DNA from: an uncultured Gammaproteobacteria bacterium | GTDB lineage: Bacteria; Patescibacteriota; Microgenomatia; UBA10105; UBA927 | DNA: 64,000 nt | Assembly: GCA_964639945.1 (NCBI GenBank) | Contig: CAZXHY010000002.1 | Location: 183-64,182, forward strand | Direction of reading: 5' to 3' | Shown here: positions 28,010-38,505 of the stretch, one piece after another | Position numbering within the stretch: position 1 is the stretch's first letter | How the letters are laid out: the number at the start of each line of letters is the position of its first letter | Notes under the pieces: generated by a model | Seen by the model: only the letters and a program-made list of their open reading frames with translations | Databases searched by the model: none | Told to the model about the DNA's origin: nothing | Translations under genes and position numbers: made by a program

Positions 28010-29059
28010 TTAATTCTTAAAACGAGAAAATACTCGCCCCCAAAGAGCACCAGTAAAGATAAAACAATATAACACTAATCCTACGCCAAACCCTTTTATA
28101 GCAAATAGAAGACCTTTTTCGTGATAAATAAATAGAAGAAATGTCCGCATGAGCACGCCATGAACAAATAATGTAATTGCTAATAATCCGAACACTCTCA
28201 ACACTGGTACAGTGAGCACGCCCATAGTAGCGATAACACTTACAAGGCTCATGGCCGCACTCACAACCACCGCTACTGCTGAAAGAGTCACAATCGCCTC
28301 CTGAAGTGTTGTAGCCACTGGATCGAATTTCTTACGCTTGGCATACAGCTTCGTCCAATAATACGCACGTAAAAAATATTTCCTAGCGATCGGCCAAAAA
28401 TGCTCAAACTCATGCCTCACGCGAACTTGTGGAGCAAAAATAATTGCGTATCGACGAGCTATTCTATACGTAAGCTCTATATCTTCAACCAGTGGTGCTG
28501 GGTACGTTTCGTCAAATCCACCAAGACGCAAGAATACACTTCGCTTTATAGACGCTATCCGCGTAGAAAAAAGGAAATAATATCCACTCTTATCTCGCTC
28601 ATTTATCCAATAACTCCAGTCTCGAAGCGCTTTAAAATTAGGAAAAAAATCTTTGCTTTTTTGTTCTTTCACCCATACTCCTGTAAGCGCTAATACATCA
28701 GGGTCATCACGAAATATTTTAGCAATCTGTGCAAAGGTATCGGGAAACACTTCCACATCACCATCCAAAAACACCACAAAGGTTCCTTTTGCCCTCTCTA
28801 CCCCTCGATTTCTAGCTATCGCTGGCCCCCTATTCGTCTGAAGACGAACAGTTCGTAGCTGAAAGTTTTTCGTTTGTAATTTATTTTTCTGATCCATAAA
28901 CCACAAACCATCAACCGCAAATTCTTTTTTGCTTCCATCATCTACAATCACCACCTCATACGATGGGGCGTTTACACTTTTTTTTATGGAACCCAACAGT
29001 CGCACCAAATGACTTGGACTATTGTAGTAAGGAATAATAATGGAAAGATATGGTTTCAT
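28010..29059 (-). CDS. GT2 polyprenyl-phosphate sugar transferase with a C-terminal double-TM tail (GtrB/ArnC-like)
   Basis: SIIIPYYNSPSHL...VIVDDGS...FLDGDV, then two C-terminal TM helices. There is a 4-nt overlap with the upstream DegT gene. Confidence 0.8.
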   Translation of the reverse strand: MKPYLSIIIPYYNSPSHLVRLLGSIKKSVNAPSYEVVIVDDGSKKEFAVDGLWFMDQKNKLQTKNFQLRTVRLQTNRGPAIARNRGVERAKGTFVVFLDGDVEVFPDTFAQIAKIFRDDPDVLALTGVWVKEQKSKDFFPNFKALRDWSYWINERDKSGYYFLFSTRIASIKRSVFLRLGGFDETYPAPLVEDIELTYRIARRYAIIFAPQVRVRHEFEHFWPIARKYFLRAYYWTKLYAKRKKFDPVATTLQEAIVTLSAVAVVVSAAMSLVSVIATMGVLTVPVLRVFGLLAITLFVHGVLMRTFLLFIYHEKGLLFAIKGFGVGLVLYCFIFTGALWGRVFSRFKN

Positions 29060-30213
29060 GGGTGTTTCAGTGATCGCAATATCTGCTCTGTTGTGCCTAC
29101 CACATAATGAATCTCGCGAGGCTTCATACCTGCGTATATAGGCATCCGCACAAGCGTATTTGCTACATCCTCAGTAACAGGAAGCGATTGACGTGTCGTA
29201 GAAATTTTTCTCCCCATCGGAGAGGTATGAAGCGGAACATAATGCGTAGACACCTCAATACCCTTGCTGCGCATTTTTGACACGAACGCTTTTCGCACTT
29301 CCATAGAATGAAACTTCAGGGCATATATATGCCAATTTGGTTTAGTCATACCTTTTGGCACCACAGGCAACTGAACAATATCTGAAAATTGTTTAAACTT
29401 TTTTGTATACGTCGACGCAATACCTTGCCTTGCTTTTGTAATCTTGTCTATTTGGGCCAATTGCACATTGGTCAGAGATGCAAGTAGGTCTGACAAAAAA
29501 TAACTACTTCCCTCGCCTACCCATTGATATATAGAGACTTTTCCAGCCAGATATGCTGCACGATCCGTACCGATCGCACGAAAAATTTCCATCTTCGCTG
29601 CAAGCCCAGCGAGATTAGTAACAACCGCTCCACCCTCTCCACATGCCACATTTTTCGTACCGTGAAACGAAAAGGCGCCGGCATGACCGTAGGTACCCAG
29701 ACTCTTACCCTTATACTCACTTCCAATACAATGTGCTGCATCCTCGACAAGCCAGAGCTTGTGTTTTTTGGCTATACGCATCAACGCATCAAACCCATCG
29801 CCTGCCATACCAGCGAAATGCACAGTCATAATACCGACTGTTTTTTTTGTTATTCTTCGCTCGACATCTACAGGATCTAAACAGTACGTCTGGCTATCTA
29901 TATCTGCAAACACAGGTATGCCACCACTTCGCAATACGGCAGTTGCAGTAGATGCAAGCGTAAAACTTGGGACTATTACTTCATCCCCTGCGCTTACCTC
30001 AAGGCATGCCACGGCTATTTCCATCGCATGTGTACAATTTGTGACAGGTAACGCATATCGAGCTCCTGTTATTTTCTGTAGCCTTTTTCTCATTTGTGCA
30101 CTCTGTGGTCCATCGGCCGTTCCGCTACCCTGCCGCATGGCAGTAATCACCGCGCGCTCAGCTTTTGGTCCCCACAATGGCTTGTGCAATGGAATTTTCA
30201 TTTTGCCTATCAT
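29056..30213 (-). CDS. DegT/DnrJ/EryC1/StrS (ArnB-type) sugar aminotransferase
   Basis: FSFHGTKNVACGEGGAVVTN; EDAAHCIGS; N-terminal TAMEIAVACL. Confidence 0.85.
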   Translation of the reverse strand: MIGKMKIPLHKPLWGPKAERAVITAMRQGSGTADGPQSAQMRKRLQKITGARYALPVTNCTHAMEIAVACLEVSAGDEVIVPSFTLASTATAVLRSGGIPVFADIDSQTYCLDPVDVERRITKKTVGIMTVHFAGMAGDGFDALMRIAKKHKLWLVEDAAHCIGSEYKGKSLGTYGHAGAFSFHGTKNVACGEGGAVVTNLAGLAAKMEIFRAIGTDRAAYLAGKVSIYQWVGEGSSYFLSDLLASLTNVQLAQIDKITKARQGIASTYTKKFKQFSDIVQLPVVPKGMTKPNWHIYALKFHSMEVRKAFVSKMRSKGIEVSTHYVPLHTSPMGRKISTTRQSLPVTEDVANTLVRMPIYAGMKPREIHYVVGTTEQILRSLKHP

Positions 30214-30362
30214 ACTCGAAGCATAAATGTATTTACAAGATAACTTCTATGGCCATACATAGGCACTCTCTATATCGTTGTATTTTCGTCCAGCGAGATG
30301 CACAACATTTGTGGATACAAACAGAACAAAAAAACTCATCATGTGAAAAACGATATGCCGTA

Positions 30363-30896
30363 TCAAATAGACTTCACGACTTTTGCAGGAACCCCCACAG
30401 ACACTACTCTCTCAGGAATATTTTTTGTGACGACAGCACCTGCGCCGATCACACTTTCACGACCTATCGTCACCCCAGCAAGGATTATTGCGGCAGTTCC
30501 AACGTATACTCCTTTTTGAATCACCACCTTGGATTCTTTCGTAGGAAAATATCGTTGCAATGGATGTTCGGGGTACCCAACATTGATATGCGAAACGACA
30601 CATACTCGATTTGAAAGCGTTACATCATCTTCAAGAAACACACCACCTCGAACATCAATCATGACACCATCCCCTATGTAGCATCGTTTACCAATGCGTA
30701 CTTTACTAAATCCATAGTGATATGCATTTATAAAAACAACATCAAGGATGATTGTGTCATAACCAATCTTCGCTCCAGCTAACCGCAAAAAAAATACTCG
30801 CAGTGGTGGAAGTGACACATGTAAAACCCATGAAAATAATGAGTACCAAAGAAATCGAAACGCGCGACCCAAACCAATAGTTTCAATTATTTTCAT
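30363..30896 (-). CDS. Left-handed beta-helix (hexapeptide-repeat) sugar N-acetyltransferase (PglD/WbpD/NeuD-like)
   Basis: Tandem [LIV]GxxxxI hexapeptides, ending ...IGAGAVVTKNIPERVVSVGVPAKVVKSI. Confidence 0.75.
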   Translation of the reverse strand: MKIIETIGLGRAFRFLWYSLFSWVLHVSLPPLRVFFLRLAGAKIGYDTIILDVVFINAYHYGFSKVRIGKRCYIGDGVMIDVRGGVFLEDDVTLSNRVCVVSHINVGYPEHPLQRYFPTKESKVVIQKGVYVGTAAIILAGVTIGRESVIGAGAVVTKNIPERVVSVGVPAKVVKSI

Positions 30897-30899
30897 ATA

Positions 30900-31622
30900 C
30901 TACCTCTCTTTCGCAAGCAGTGCACGAAAGCTCCATAAGTTTAGCAGATAGTCAGCAGTATCACGAATAATATTCACCGATGACTGTTTGTCAAAACGTC
31001 GCAAAAATAACACCGGCACTTCGCAAATCGTCAACCCTGCTCGTTTGGCGCGGATCATAATCTCCGTATCCCAAAACCATCCAGTATGTACGGTTTTTGC
31101 AAGCAGCGGCAGGATGCTACTGCGTCGGAAAAACTTATACCCCGTCTCAGTGTCCAACCCTCCCGTCCCGACAAGAATGTCGGATAACCATTGATATCCA
31201 CGACTTAATATTTCCCGAATCAATGATCCTGTACTGGAGCGATATATACGCTTCCCTATTGCTACATCTGCCTTTCGCTCAAGTATGAGAGAAACCAACT
31301 GCGGAATATATTCGGGACCAACTTCACAATCTATGTCGATAAACCCTATCACCTCTCCCTTGGCTCTCATAAACCCATCGGCTACCGTCTTCCCTCGACC
31401 ACAATTCGTACGATGAAATACTGCAGAAGTGTGAGGGTATTTTTTACATGCCTTTGCAATTAAATCACGAGTTGCATCGCGACTTTTATCGTCTACAAAT
31501 ATGATCTCATACGAACGCTTACTGTGACGCAAAGTTTCTACAATTCTTTCCACGCTAGAAGCAAAAACATCAACTTCATTAAAACATGCAAGTATGAGAG
31601 AAAAATCAAGACGCTTTGTCAT
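30900..31622 (-). CDS. GT2-family glycosyltransferase (DPM1/ArnC-like)
   Basis: SLILACFNEVD...FVDDKSRDATRD...IDIDCE. Confidence 0.75.
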   Translation of the reverse strand: MTKRLDFSLILACFNEVDVFASSVERIVETLRHSKRSYEIIFVDDKSRDATRDLIAKACKKYPHTSAVFHRTNCGRGKTVADGFMRAKGEVIGFIDIDCEVGPEYIPQLVSLILERKADVAIGKRIYRSSTGSLIREILSRGYQWLSDILVGTGGLDTETGYKFFRRSSILPLLAKTVHTGWFWDTEIMIRAKRAGLTICEVPVLFLRRFDKQSSVNIIRDTADYLLNLWSFRALLAKER

Positions 31623-31693
31623 TTGGAGTATAGTACGATGTTTACATCTTTTTCACAATTGTGGTTTCGCTTAGTGCGAAATAGAATACAACA

Positions 31694-32947
31694 ATGCAAG
31701 ATCATGTCACATCGCATACACAATGCATTCTTTGTGGAAGTACACATACAACTCCATACCTGTCACTTGGTAGAATGGCCCCTGCCAATAATTTTGTGAA
31801 ATTCAGTCGAGTCATAAAACCGCAAAAACGGTATCCATTAGGCCTCATGTATTGTCACGTATGCCACAGCTCCCAACTCACTCACACAATCTCACCCAAA
31901 ATTCTATTCGCACACTATGCGTATTTTTCTTCTACGTCACCCATGTTGGTTTCTCACTTTGCAAAATACGCAAAAACAATTAAAAAACGATTCCCCACCC
32001 TTTCCCAACACCTTGTTGTGGATATAGGAAGCAATGATGGTGTGCTTCTCAAACCATTACAACGTCTTGGTGCGCATGTGCTTGGTGTCGATCCTGCAAA
32101 AGAATGTAGCAACCTTGCAATACAATCTGGTATTCCTACTCTACAAACATACTTCACCCCAAAGGTAGCCAAACAAATACAAAAGCGATACGGCAACGCC
32201 TCAATCATCACAGCAAACAATGTATTAGCCCATACTCCCTATATTCACGAATTTATTCGAGGCGTGCACATGTTATTACAGCAGGATGGGATATTTGTAT
32301 TTGAAGTGAAGTATATGGGCGACATACTAGAAAAAAACGAGTTTGACATCATTTATCATGAGCATGTATTTTCCTATCTCCTACATCCATTAGTCAGTCT
32401 GCTTCTCACTCATAAACTCAAAGTTTTTGATGTACAACACGTAGACATTCATGGAGGATCTCTCAGAGTGTATGCTGCGCACAGTCATGCTTCCATGCCT
32501 ATACAGCAGTCTGTGAAGAAACTGCTCAAAGAAGAAAAGGTCAAAGGGTACACACAGATTTCGACATATAAAGCGTTTGCCAAAAAACCTGCACATGTTA
32601 AAAAAGCACTTCAAACATTGCTTCGCACACTTGTGAAAAAAGGAAAACGCATAGCAGGCTATGGAGCATCAGCAAAAGGAACAACCATGCTACAGTACTG
32701 CAACCTCAACACTCATACTATCGACTACATCGTGGATAGTGCTACATCAAAAATAGGAACATATACCCCCGCCACCCACATCCCAATCTTGGATCCCAAA
32801 GAATTAACAACGCGCACACCCGACTACATACTTCTACTTGCGTGGGATCACAAAGATTCAATCCTAAAAAAGGAACGGTGGTTTGCTGCCCGTGGTGGCA
32901 CATACATACTCCCTATCCCCACTCCCACACTCATCAAGCCATCCTAG
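31694..32947 (+). CDS. NDP-hexose C-methyltransferase-like enzyme (TylC3/NovU-type: Zn-ribbon, SAM MTase, C-methyltransferase C-terminal domain)
   Basis: N-terminal CxxC...CxxC (CILCGS...CHVCHS); SAM motif VVDIGSNDGVLL; C-terminal GYGASAKGTTMLQY...DYIVD...PDYILLLAWDHKDSI, typical of sugar C-methyltransferases. Confidence 0.7.
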   Translation: MQDHVTSHTQCILCGSTHTTPYLSLGRMAPANNFVKFSRVIKPQKRYPLGLMYCHVCHSSQLTHTISPKILFAHYAYFSSTSPMLVSHFAKYAKTIKKRFPTLSQHLVVDIGSNDGVLLKPLQRLGAHVLGVDPAKECSNLAIQSGIPTLQTYFTPKVAKQIQKRYGNASIITANNVLAHTPYIHEFIRGVHMLLQQDGIFVFEVKYMGDILEKNEFDIIYHEHVFSYLLHPLVSLLLTHKLKVFDVQHVDIHGGSLRVYAAHSHASMPIQQSVKKLLKEEKVKGYTQISTYKAFAKKPAHVKKALQTLLRTLVKKGKRIAGYGASAKGTTMLQYCNLNTHTIDYIVDSATSKIGTYTPATHIPILDPKELTTRTPDYILLLAWDHKDSILKKERWFAARGGTYILPIPTPTLIKPS

Positions 32948-33716
32948 GGATAAAACGCGCAAACGTTCGAACTCCCCATCTACTCAACACATATTCATAT
33001 AAAACAACAAATGTTTCTAACGCAAACACAGTCGAATGTCGCAAGCTTATAGATGTATGTTCTTTTCTATAATCGCACCGAACGGGAATTTGACCTATGC
33101 GTAAATTAAAATACTTTGCCTGAGCAATACTCTCAAAACTAAACAAGTGACTTTTTGAAGCAGTTGAAAGATTGACTATCTCTATAAACTGACGACTATA
33201 TATACGAAACCCAGAATGAAACTCAGAGACGGGAATACCCAGCACGATACGCTCGATAAAACTTAGCGCTATGTTTGCGACATACCTCACCCTAGGCATC
33301 CCAAGACGTAGCGGTTCAAAAATCGTATTAAATCGAGTACCCAATAGTAAATCATACGATCCAGCGACACTTTTTTTATAGGCTTCAGGAATTATCGTGG
33401 GATCATATTGCCCATCTCCGTGAATTTCAACAACGTATGATGCTCCCATAGCATGCGCCTGAGACAGTCCAAACGTCATATTTCCCCCGTACCCTAGATG
33501 AGCATGAGTAAAAAAAGGGACTCCCAGCTGCTTTGCCACATCTTTTATGTTATCGCGTGAACCATCATCAACTATGATAAGGACGTCGAGTGCGCCTTTA
33601 GGGATTCGAGATACGATATCTGCTACTAGTCGTGCACAATTATAGGTGAGAATAACGCCAATAACTTTACCCTTCTTCTTTTGGTTCATGATTTGTATTT
33701 TTTTGACTCGCTTCAT
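32934..33716 (-). CDS. GT2-family glycosyltransferase (start taken at MKRVKK)
   Basis: GVILTYNCARLV...IVDDGSRDNIKD...EIHGDGQYDP. Confidence 0.75.
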   Translation of the reverse strand: MKRVKKIQIMNQKKKGKVIGVILTYNCARLVADIVSRIPKGALDVLIIVDDGSRDNIKDVAKQLGVPFFTHAHLGYGGNMTFGLSQAHAMGASYVVEIHGDGQYDPTIIPEAYKKSVAGSYDLLLGTRFNTIFEPLRLGMPRVRYVANIALSFIERIVLGIPVSEFHSGFRIYSRQFIEIVNLSTASKSHLFSFESIAQAKYFNLRIGQIPVRCDYRKEHTSISLRHSTVFALETFVVLYEYVLSRWGVRTFARFIPRMA

Positions 33717-33735
33717 GATTGACTCATCTACATAT

Positions 33736-35349
33736 CTACTTTCGTATAAACCACGTCTTATCATTCGTAAGCGGCTGATAATACTCGTCTATGTATTGAC
33801 GATCAAGCGAAGATATATCATTGAGCCGATATAGCCTTCCCTGATAGATATATACCGGATGTTTGCGTCTCAATCCATCAGACAATGTATTCACTGGTCT
33901 TGAAAGAAACGGAGAATATTGCCCCAGCGGCAGACAGCACCCATATGCTGGATCTCGAAAATATATAGTTGCCCCAACTAGGTCTAACACATACGAATCT
34001 TTCGGTATGGTTTGCAGTGCAAACGCAAGCGTGCGCACATCTTCTGCATTCGTCCATAGTCGTTTGGGATTATTTACCCCTTCTGAAATCTGCCACAAGA
34101 AAACAATGCATACTGCATAGACTAAAACAAAAACACTTCTCCATATTCGAGTGCCTATCACAGTCCAAATCGACCAAATCACGTCTCCAACATACAGCGC
34201 GACAAATACCGCGATAGGAATCAAATATTGCGCATGTCGCAACGGATATCCATACATAAATGTCACAATATAGGCAAGAAACGATCCTCCCACAAGAAGC
34301 TCTACCCATGCACCTGTTTTATTCTTCCCACCAATCAACGGAGTTACTAATCTCCATACTCCAACCAACAATCCAACCATCCACACGGCATGATTAGCCA
34401 TCAATTCTCTACTCCACCCGCCGACTCCATAATAATTATTATTTGGATAAAAAAATAAATCTGGTTGCATAGGAAAAAGTTGCCCAATTTTATTTACCTC
34501 CAATGGAAGCTTCGTCAACGAATACATCACCAACTCCACATCACCGATACTCCGACTTGTGGCAAGGATCCATGCGCCAAATATACATAATGGCAATCCA
34601 ATTCCTAACATAAATACGACCAATCTAGAATATTTTTTGGACATGCCAAATGTAGCAAACACCCCGACAATTACCGCTATCGCTATTTGTGGCAAAGATT
34701 TCGGTAACAATAACAATGACGCCCCATACGCCAAACCAGACCACCATGCAAACGCCATTCGTTGGCTTTCGAGCCATCGAATCTGCAAATACAATCCAAC
34801 AAATGCGATAAGAGTTGCTATATTATCAGGACGTATCTCAAGCATTTTATCTGCAGGTAATGGCAAAAATGTGAGCACAGAAGCAGGAAGGAATAATATC
34901 CACCACGATTCCATCACGCCTGTTGGTTTACGGATTTGCTTCAAAACCAAGCCTGTCACTGCTCCAAGAAAAACAAACACCACAAAGGCAATTACTCGGC
35001 TGATCGATAAAATGGTCGTATCGTTGGTAAACAAAAACACTGGCGCCAAAAACCACAAAAATCCGGGAGGCACATAGAAGAAAAAATCAATATATGGTAA
35101 TTTTCCCGTAAACACATTATGTGCCCAATGCAGATACGCTAGTTCATCTGCATCAAAATATCGCACAAGACCCAATTCAAGACGTGTTGATAGTAACAGA
35201 AAGAGAAAAATTACTGTTACAATAATGAGTATGAATATGGGCGCTTTATAGAAAGAATGTTTCATTATTGTACTTATTATGCCAGTAACGGTTGCGATTA
35301 TCATAGCCCTGATTACCATCTCAAACTCATGGCACGTACTCACCGGCAT
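33736..35349 (-). CDS. Polytopic membrane glycosyltransferase, GT-C fold (ArnT/PMT-like); true start possibly at MKHSFYK (nt 35265)
   Basis: More than 12 TM helices. First-loop DADE motif (RYFDADELAYLHWAHN). Confidence 0.65.
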   Translation of the reverse strand: MPVSTCHEFEMVIRAMIIATVTGIISTIMKHSFYKAPIFILIIVTVIFLFLLLSTRLELGLVRYFDADELAYLHWAHNVFTGKLPYIDFFFYVPPGFLWFLAPVFLFTNDTTILSISRVIAFVVFVFLGAVTGLVLKQIRKPTGVMESWWILFLPASVLTFLPLPADKMLEIRPDNIATLIAFVGLYLQIRWLESQRMAFAWWSGLAYGASLLLLPKSLPQIAIAVIVGVFATFGMSKKYSRLVVFMLGIGLPLCIFGAWILATSRSIGDVELVMYSLTKLPLEVNKIGQLFPMQPDLFFYPNNNYYGVGGWSRELMANHAVWMVGLLVGVWRLVTPLIGGKNKTGAWVELLVGGSFLAYIVTFMYGYPLRHAQYLIPIAVFVALYVGDVIWSIWTVIGTRIWRSVFVLVYAVCIVFLWQISEGVNNPKRLWTNAEDVRTLAFALQTIPKDSYVLDLVGATIYFRDPAYGCCLPLGQYSPFLSRPVNTLSDGLRRKHPVYIYQGRLYRLNDISSLDRQYIDEYYQPLTNDKTWFIRK

Positions 35350-36871
35350 GATACAAAATCCACCTGAACACCTATTTACAGGAATAGCTCATTATTTCGC
35401 TGACTATTTCCTCTACGTATCAGCGATAGCACAAGCACAGAACTCTCCAAGCCTTTTTGTGGAACATCTATTCACCAATGAACCACTTATTCCTACATGG
35501 ATATACTGGTTTAATGCACTACTAGGAAAAATTCCTATTAGTCCATTTTTGTCATACAACATATCGCTTATATTGCTTGTTGCAGGTCTCCTCCTCCTTC
35601 TTTGGCACATCACCAAACGATCACTCAGCGATTCTACAACAATGTATGTAACATTCATCATAGCCGTTACCGCTTCAAATTTTTTTGATTTCACCACATT
35701 TTTTCGCTTCGGAACATTTAAACTGCTTGGAGATTTTTGGTTCTCTCCCACTCCAGCGCTCAATCGTTTAGGCGGAGTGCCACATCAAGTGCTCCAGACC
35801 ATATTGAGCTTATTGGTCATACTTTTATACACAAAGCTATCTGAATCTTCCAAAAAAAACCCATCACAATACGTGCTCCTCGGTGTAGTCTCGTTTCTTG
35901 CGGCCACGGCAAACCCCATACAAATGCTTCTGGTAGCACTTTCTATTCTTGCAATATTTATGTGGAAAAACTACAAACAAATCCCAAAATCCGCAGACAT
36001 TATCGTGGCTAGCATAGCACTCCTGCCCGCGCTACTGGGTGCTATGGTTACTAATTTTGAATTCTCCCATCAGCCTATACTCACTGCGGCAAAAACTTGG
36101 GAAAATAATCAACAATTTTCGCTATCTATTTTCCAATTTATTTGGGCGCTAGGGCCCATCGGGTTCTTTATCCCATTTGGGATCTTTGCGTTCATAAAAA
36201 AGCATACTCATCTCTACGCTTCCCTCGTGGTGTATACACTCCTTAGTCTTATATTCTTTTTTTCACCTCTACCGACATATCTAGGAACCTCTGCTGTTCG
36301 ATGGCTTTCTCCAGCATCCTACATAGGGCTAGCACTTCTTGCTGGATCTGGATATATGTGGTGTATTGCGATCATTGGCAAAAAACTAAAACACCCCCAA
36401 CTCACCATAGGTGTCGCACTTTCGCTCTACCTATTACTCACGATCCCCTCAATACTTACACAAATACAAACACGCACCACACCACTTACCACAGACGCAA
36501 AACTCATATCGCTAAACCATATTCCATTCGACGTGGTAGACGGACTTATACATATCCAAAACGCGAGAGAGGAAGGCGTGGTGCTGACCGACCCCACACT
36601 ATTTTATGATGTGGTAATCCCTGTAATGACGGGGAAAAAAAGCTTCACAGGCCACCCCATCCACACTCTATATCCAGAGACAAAAAAAGCGCTCCGCCAA
36701 GAAATATTTTCAGGAACTATGAACGATCAAGTAGCGGAAGTATTTATGAAAAATCATGCAATAACCTATATCATTTCTTCTCCACGTCATTCAAGAATCT
36801 TTAATGGTTATCCATTTTTGACCGTTCTTTTCTCAAACACATCAGTCGTCATTTACCAAAGGACACCATGA
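35279..36871 (+). CDS. Polytopic membrane protein (530 aa), GT-C-like; paralog of 47786..49408
   Basis: The shared N-terminal region HYFADYFLYVSAIAQAQ matches HHPSDYFYYVSQFAQGA in the paralog. Has more than 12 TM helices. Overlaps the downstream gene by 4 nt. Confidence 0.6.
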   Translation: MPVTVAIIIALITISNSWHVLTGMIQNPPEHLFTGIAHYFADYFLYVSAIAQAQNSPSLFVEHLFTNEPLIPTWIYWFNALLGKIPISPFLSYNISLILLVAGLLLLLWHITKRSLSDSTTMYVTFIIAVTASNFFDFTTFFRFGTFKLLGDFWFSPTPALNRLGGVPHQVLQTILSLLVILLYTKLSESSKKNPSQYVLLGVVSFLAATANPIQMLLVALSILAIFMWKNYKQIPKSADIIVASIALLPALLGAMVTNFEFSHQPILTAAKTWENNQQFSLSIFQFIWALGPIGFFIPFGIFAFIKKHTHLYASLVVYTLLSLIFFFSPLPTYLGTSAVRWLSPASYIGLALLAGSGYMWCIAIIGKKLKHPQLTIGVALSLYLLLTIPSILTQIQTRTTPLTTDAKLISLNHIPFDVVDGLIHIQNAREEGVVLTDPTLFYDVVIPVMTGKKSFTGHPIHTLYPETKKALRQEIFSGTMNDQVAEVFMKNHAITYIISSPRHSRIFNGYPFLTVLFSNTSVVIYQRTP

Positions 36872-38493
36872 AGTTTATAAAAAAACATGTCGCAACATTG
36901 CTCATTTCTGGATTCCTTGTACTTCATCTGGTCATCATGCCTTCCTATGGCTTTACGTGGGATTTTCACTTTCACTTCTTCGGAGGCGGACATCTTTTGG
37001 GGTATAGTTGGCAGCAACTAGAATCTCGCGACTTACCCTATACCGAACCAGACCCGAGGCTTGCGTGGAGCTTGCCGTATGGGCCTATTATGTCTATCCC
37101 ACCCATTGCATCATTTCTCGCCCTCCACAAATTATGGAACATTCTTCCTGCAGATAACGCGTATCACCTTCCAATCGTGCTATGGGGAGTACTCGGAATT
37201 GTTATCGTTTACTTGTTCCTTAAGGAGGCAGTAGGTCGCAATGTAGCAATCATCGCAGCAATATCTCTCGCGCTTACCCCTCGATACTTTGGCGACATGC
37301 ACAATAATATGAAAGATATCCCCTCTGCGGTAATATTTGCGCTGAACATGTGGCTCGTGTGGCGACTTGCGACCAAAAAACGCCCCATCGACCTTATACT
37401 GGCTGCGAGTGCCTTTGCTATGGCTTTCAGTGTCAAAATTAATAGCATTTTTGTACCAATTGTCTTTGCTACATGGTTTCTCCTCACTCAATTACCAATT
37501 CAGGCAATCACTAAGTTTTTCACTCGAAATACACTCATACTCTTGTATTGGTTGGTTGCGCCTATTTTTGCACTCTTGTTGTGGTGGGCGTTCTGGCCAA
37601 ACCCTCTCCTACAACTAGATCACGCATACCGAACATTCGGCATAGGAACAAATAATATAGAAGTTTTGCTCAATGGAACATGGTATTGCTCTGGAAGTAC
37701 TGTGCCGCGGTATTATCCTTACTGGTATTTGGCTATAACAACCCCACTTCCTATCTTGTTCTTTTGCATCATAAGCCTTATTCGCATTCTAAAATCCATA
37801 GTACAAAAAAGAGTAAAACACTTCGAACTACTCCTTGTTTGCTGGTTGTTTATACCACTCGCTCGTTATCTCCTTCCCCAAATTGGCGTCATAGATGGCG
37901 TTAGACATTTCGAGGAGACACTAATCCCTATAGCGATACTTGCAGCGCTTTCATTTTCCGACCTTGTGAGGGTGCTGGCGCAACAACAGAAATCTATGAG
38001 CGTAGCACTTATCGTAGCAATCACCTGCTGGCTCTCGTGGAACATTGTATCGTATCACCCTTACCAAATAACGTATTTCAATGAGCTTGTAGGCGGCATA
38101 CGAGGTGCGTACGGAAAATACGACCTCGATTATTGGGGCACATCACAAAAAGCAGCAGTCGAGTGGGTAAACAAAAACGCCCCACAAAACGCTAAAGTCC
38201 ACATTGTCATGGCTGCAAACGTAGCAGGCACGTATTTACGATCGGATCTACTTACCAATTTGAACAAGTTTGGATATGATGAATCTGATTTTGTTATATT
38301 TTTAAATCGTCAGTCATTCTTCTACCGATTCTTCTACGCATATGAATACCTACTTGCCCATACGCCTACTTACACGATAACCTCTCAAGGTGTTCCTCTC
38401 ACATGGATTTTTGATAACCGAACCAACAATCAAATCCCCCGTCAATCACCTTGGTGGCAAAAAGAAGATCCATGTATCCTCAAGTACTGGTAA
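36868..38493 (+). CDS. Polytopic membrane glycosyltransferase, GT-C fold (PMT/ArnT-like); paralog of 41359..42924
   Basis: About 12 TM helices. Shares a C-terminal YDLDYWGTSQKAAVEWVNKN motif with the paralog (FDFDYWGFSVGELVTKVNN). Confidence 0.65.
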   Translation: MKFIKKHVATLLISGFLVLHLVIMPSYGFTWDFHFHFFGGGHLLGYSWQQLESRDLPYTEPDPRLAWSLPYGPIMSIPPIASFLALHKLWNILPADNAYHLPIVLWGVLGIVIVYLFLKEAVGRNVAIIAAISLALTPRYFGDMHNNMKDIPSAVIFALNMWLVWRLATKKRPIDLILAASAFAMAFSVKINSIFVPIVFATWFLLTQLPIQAITKFFTRNTLILLYWLVAPIFALLLWWAFWPNPLLQLDHAYRTFGIGTNNIEVLLNGTWYCSGSTVPRYYPYWYLAITTPLPILFFCIISLIRILKSIVQKRVKHFELLLVCWLFIPLARYLLPQIGVIDGVRHFEETLIPIAILAALSFSDLVRVLAQQQKSMSVALIVAITCWLSWNIVSYHPYQITYFNELVGGIRGAYGKYDLDYWGTSQKAAVEWVNKNAPQNAKVHIVMAANVAGTYLRSDLLTNLNKFGYDESDFVIFLNRQSFFYRFFYAYEYLLAHTPTYTITSQGVPLTWIFDNRTNNQIPRQSPWWQKEDPCILKYW

Positions 38494-38505
38494 GTTACCA
38501 AAAAA

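Noticed and set aside
35265-35348. Divergent starts of 33736-35349 (minus) and 35279-36871 (plus) overlapping by ~70 nt in the ORF track
   Set aside because: Both genes have plausible internal starts (MKHSFYK at 35265 on the minus strand; MIQNPPEH at 35348 on the plus strand) that remove the overlap. A real 70-nt divergent overlap is unlikely, and the exact starts cannot be settled from sequence alone.
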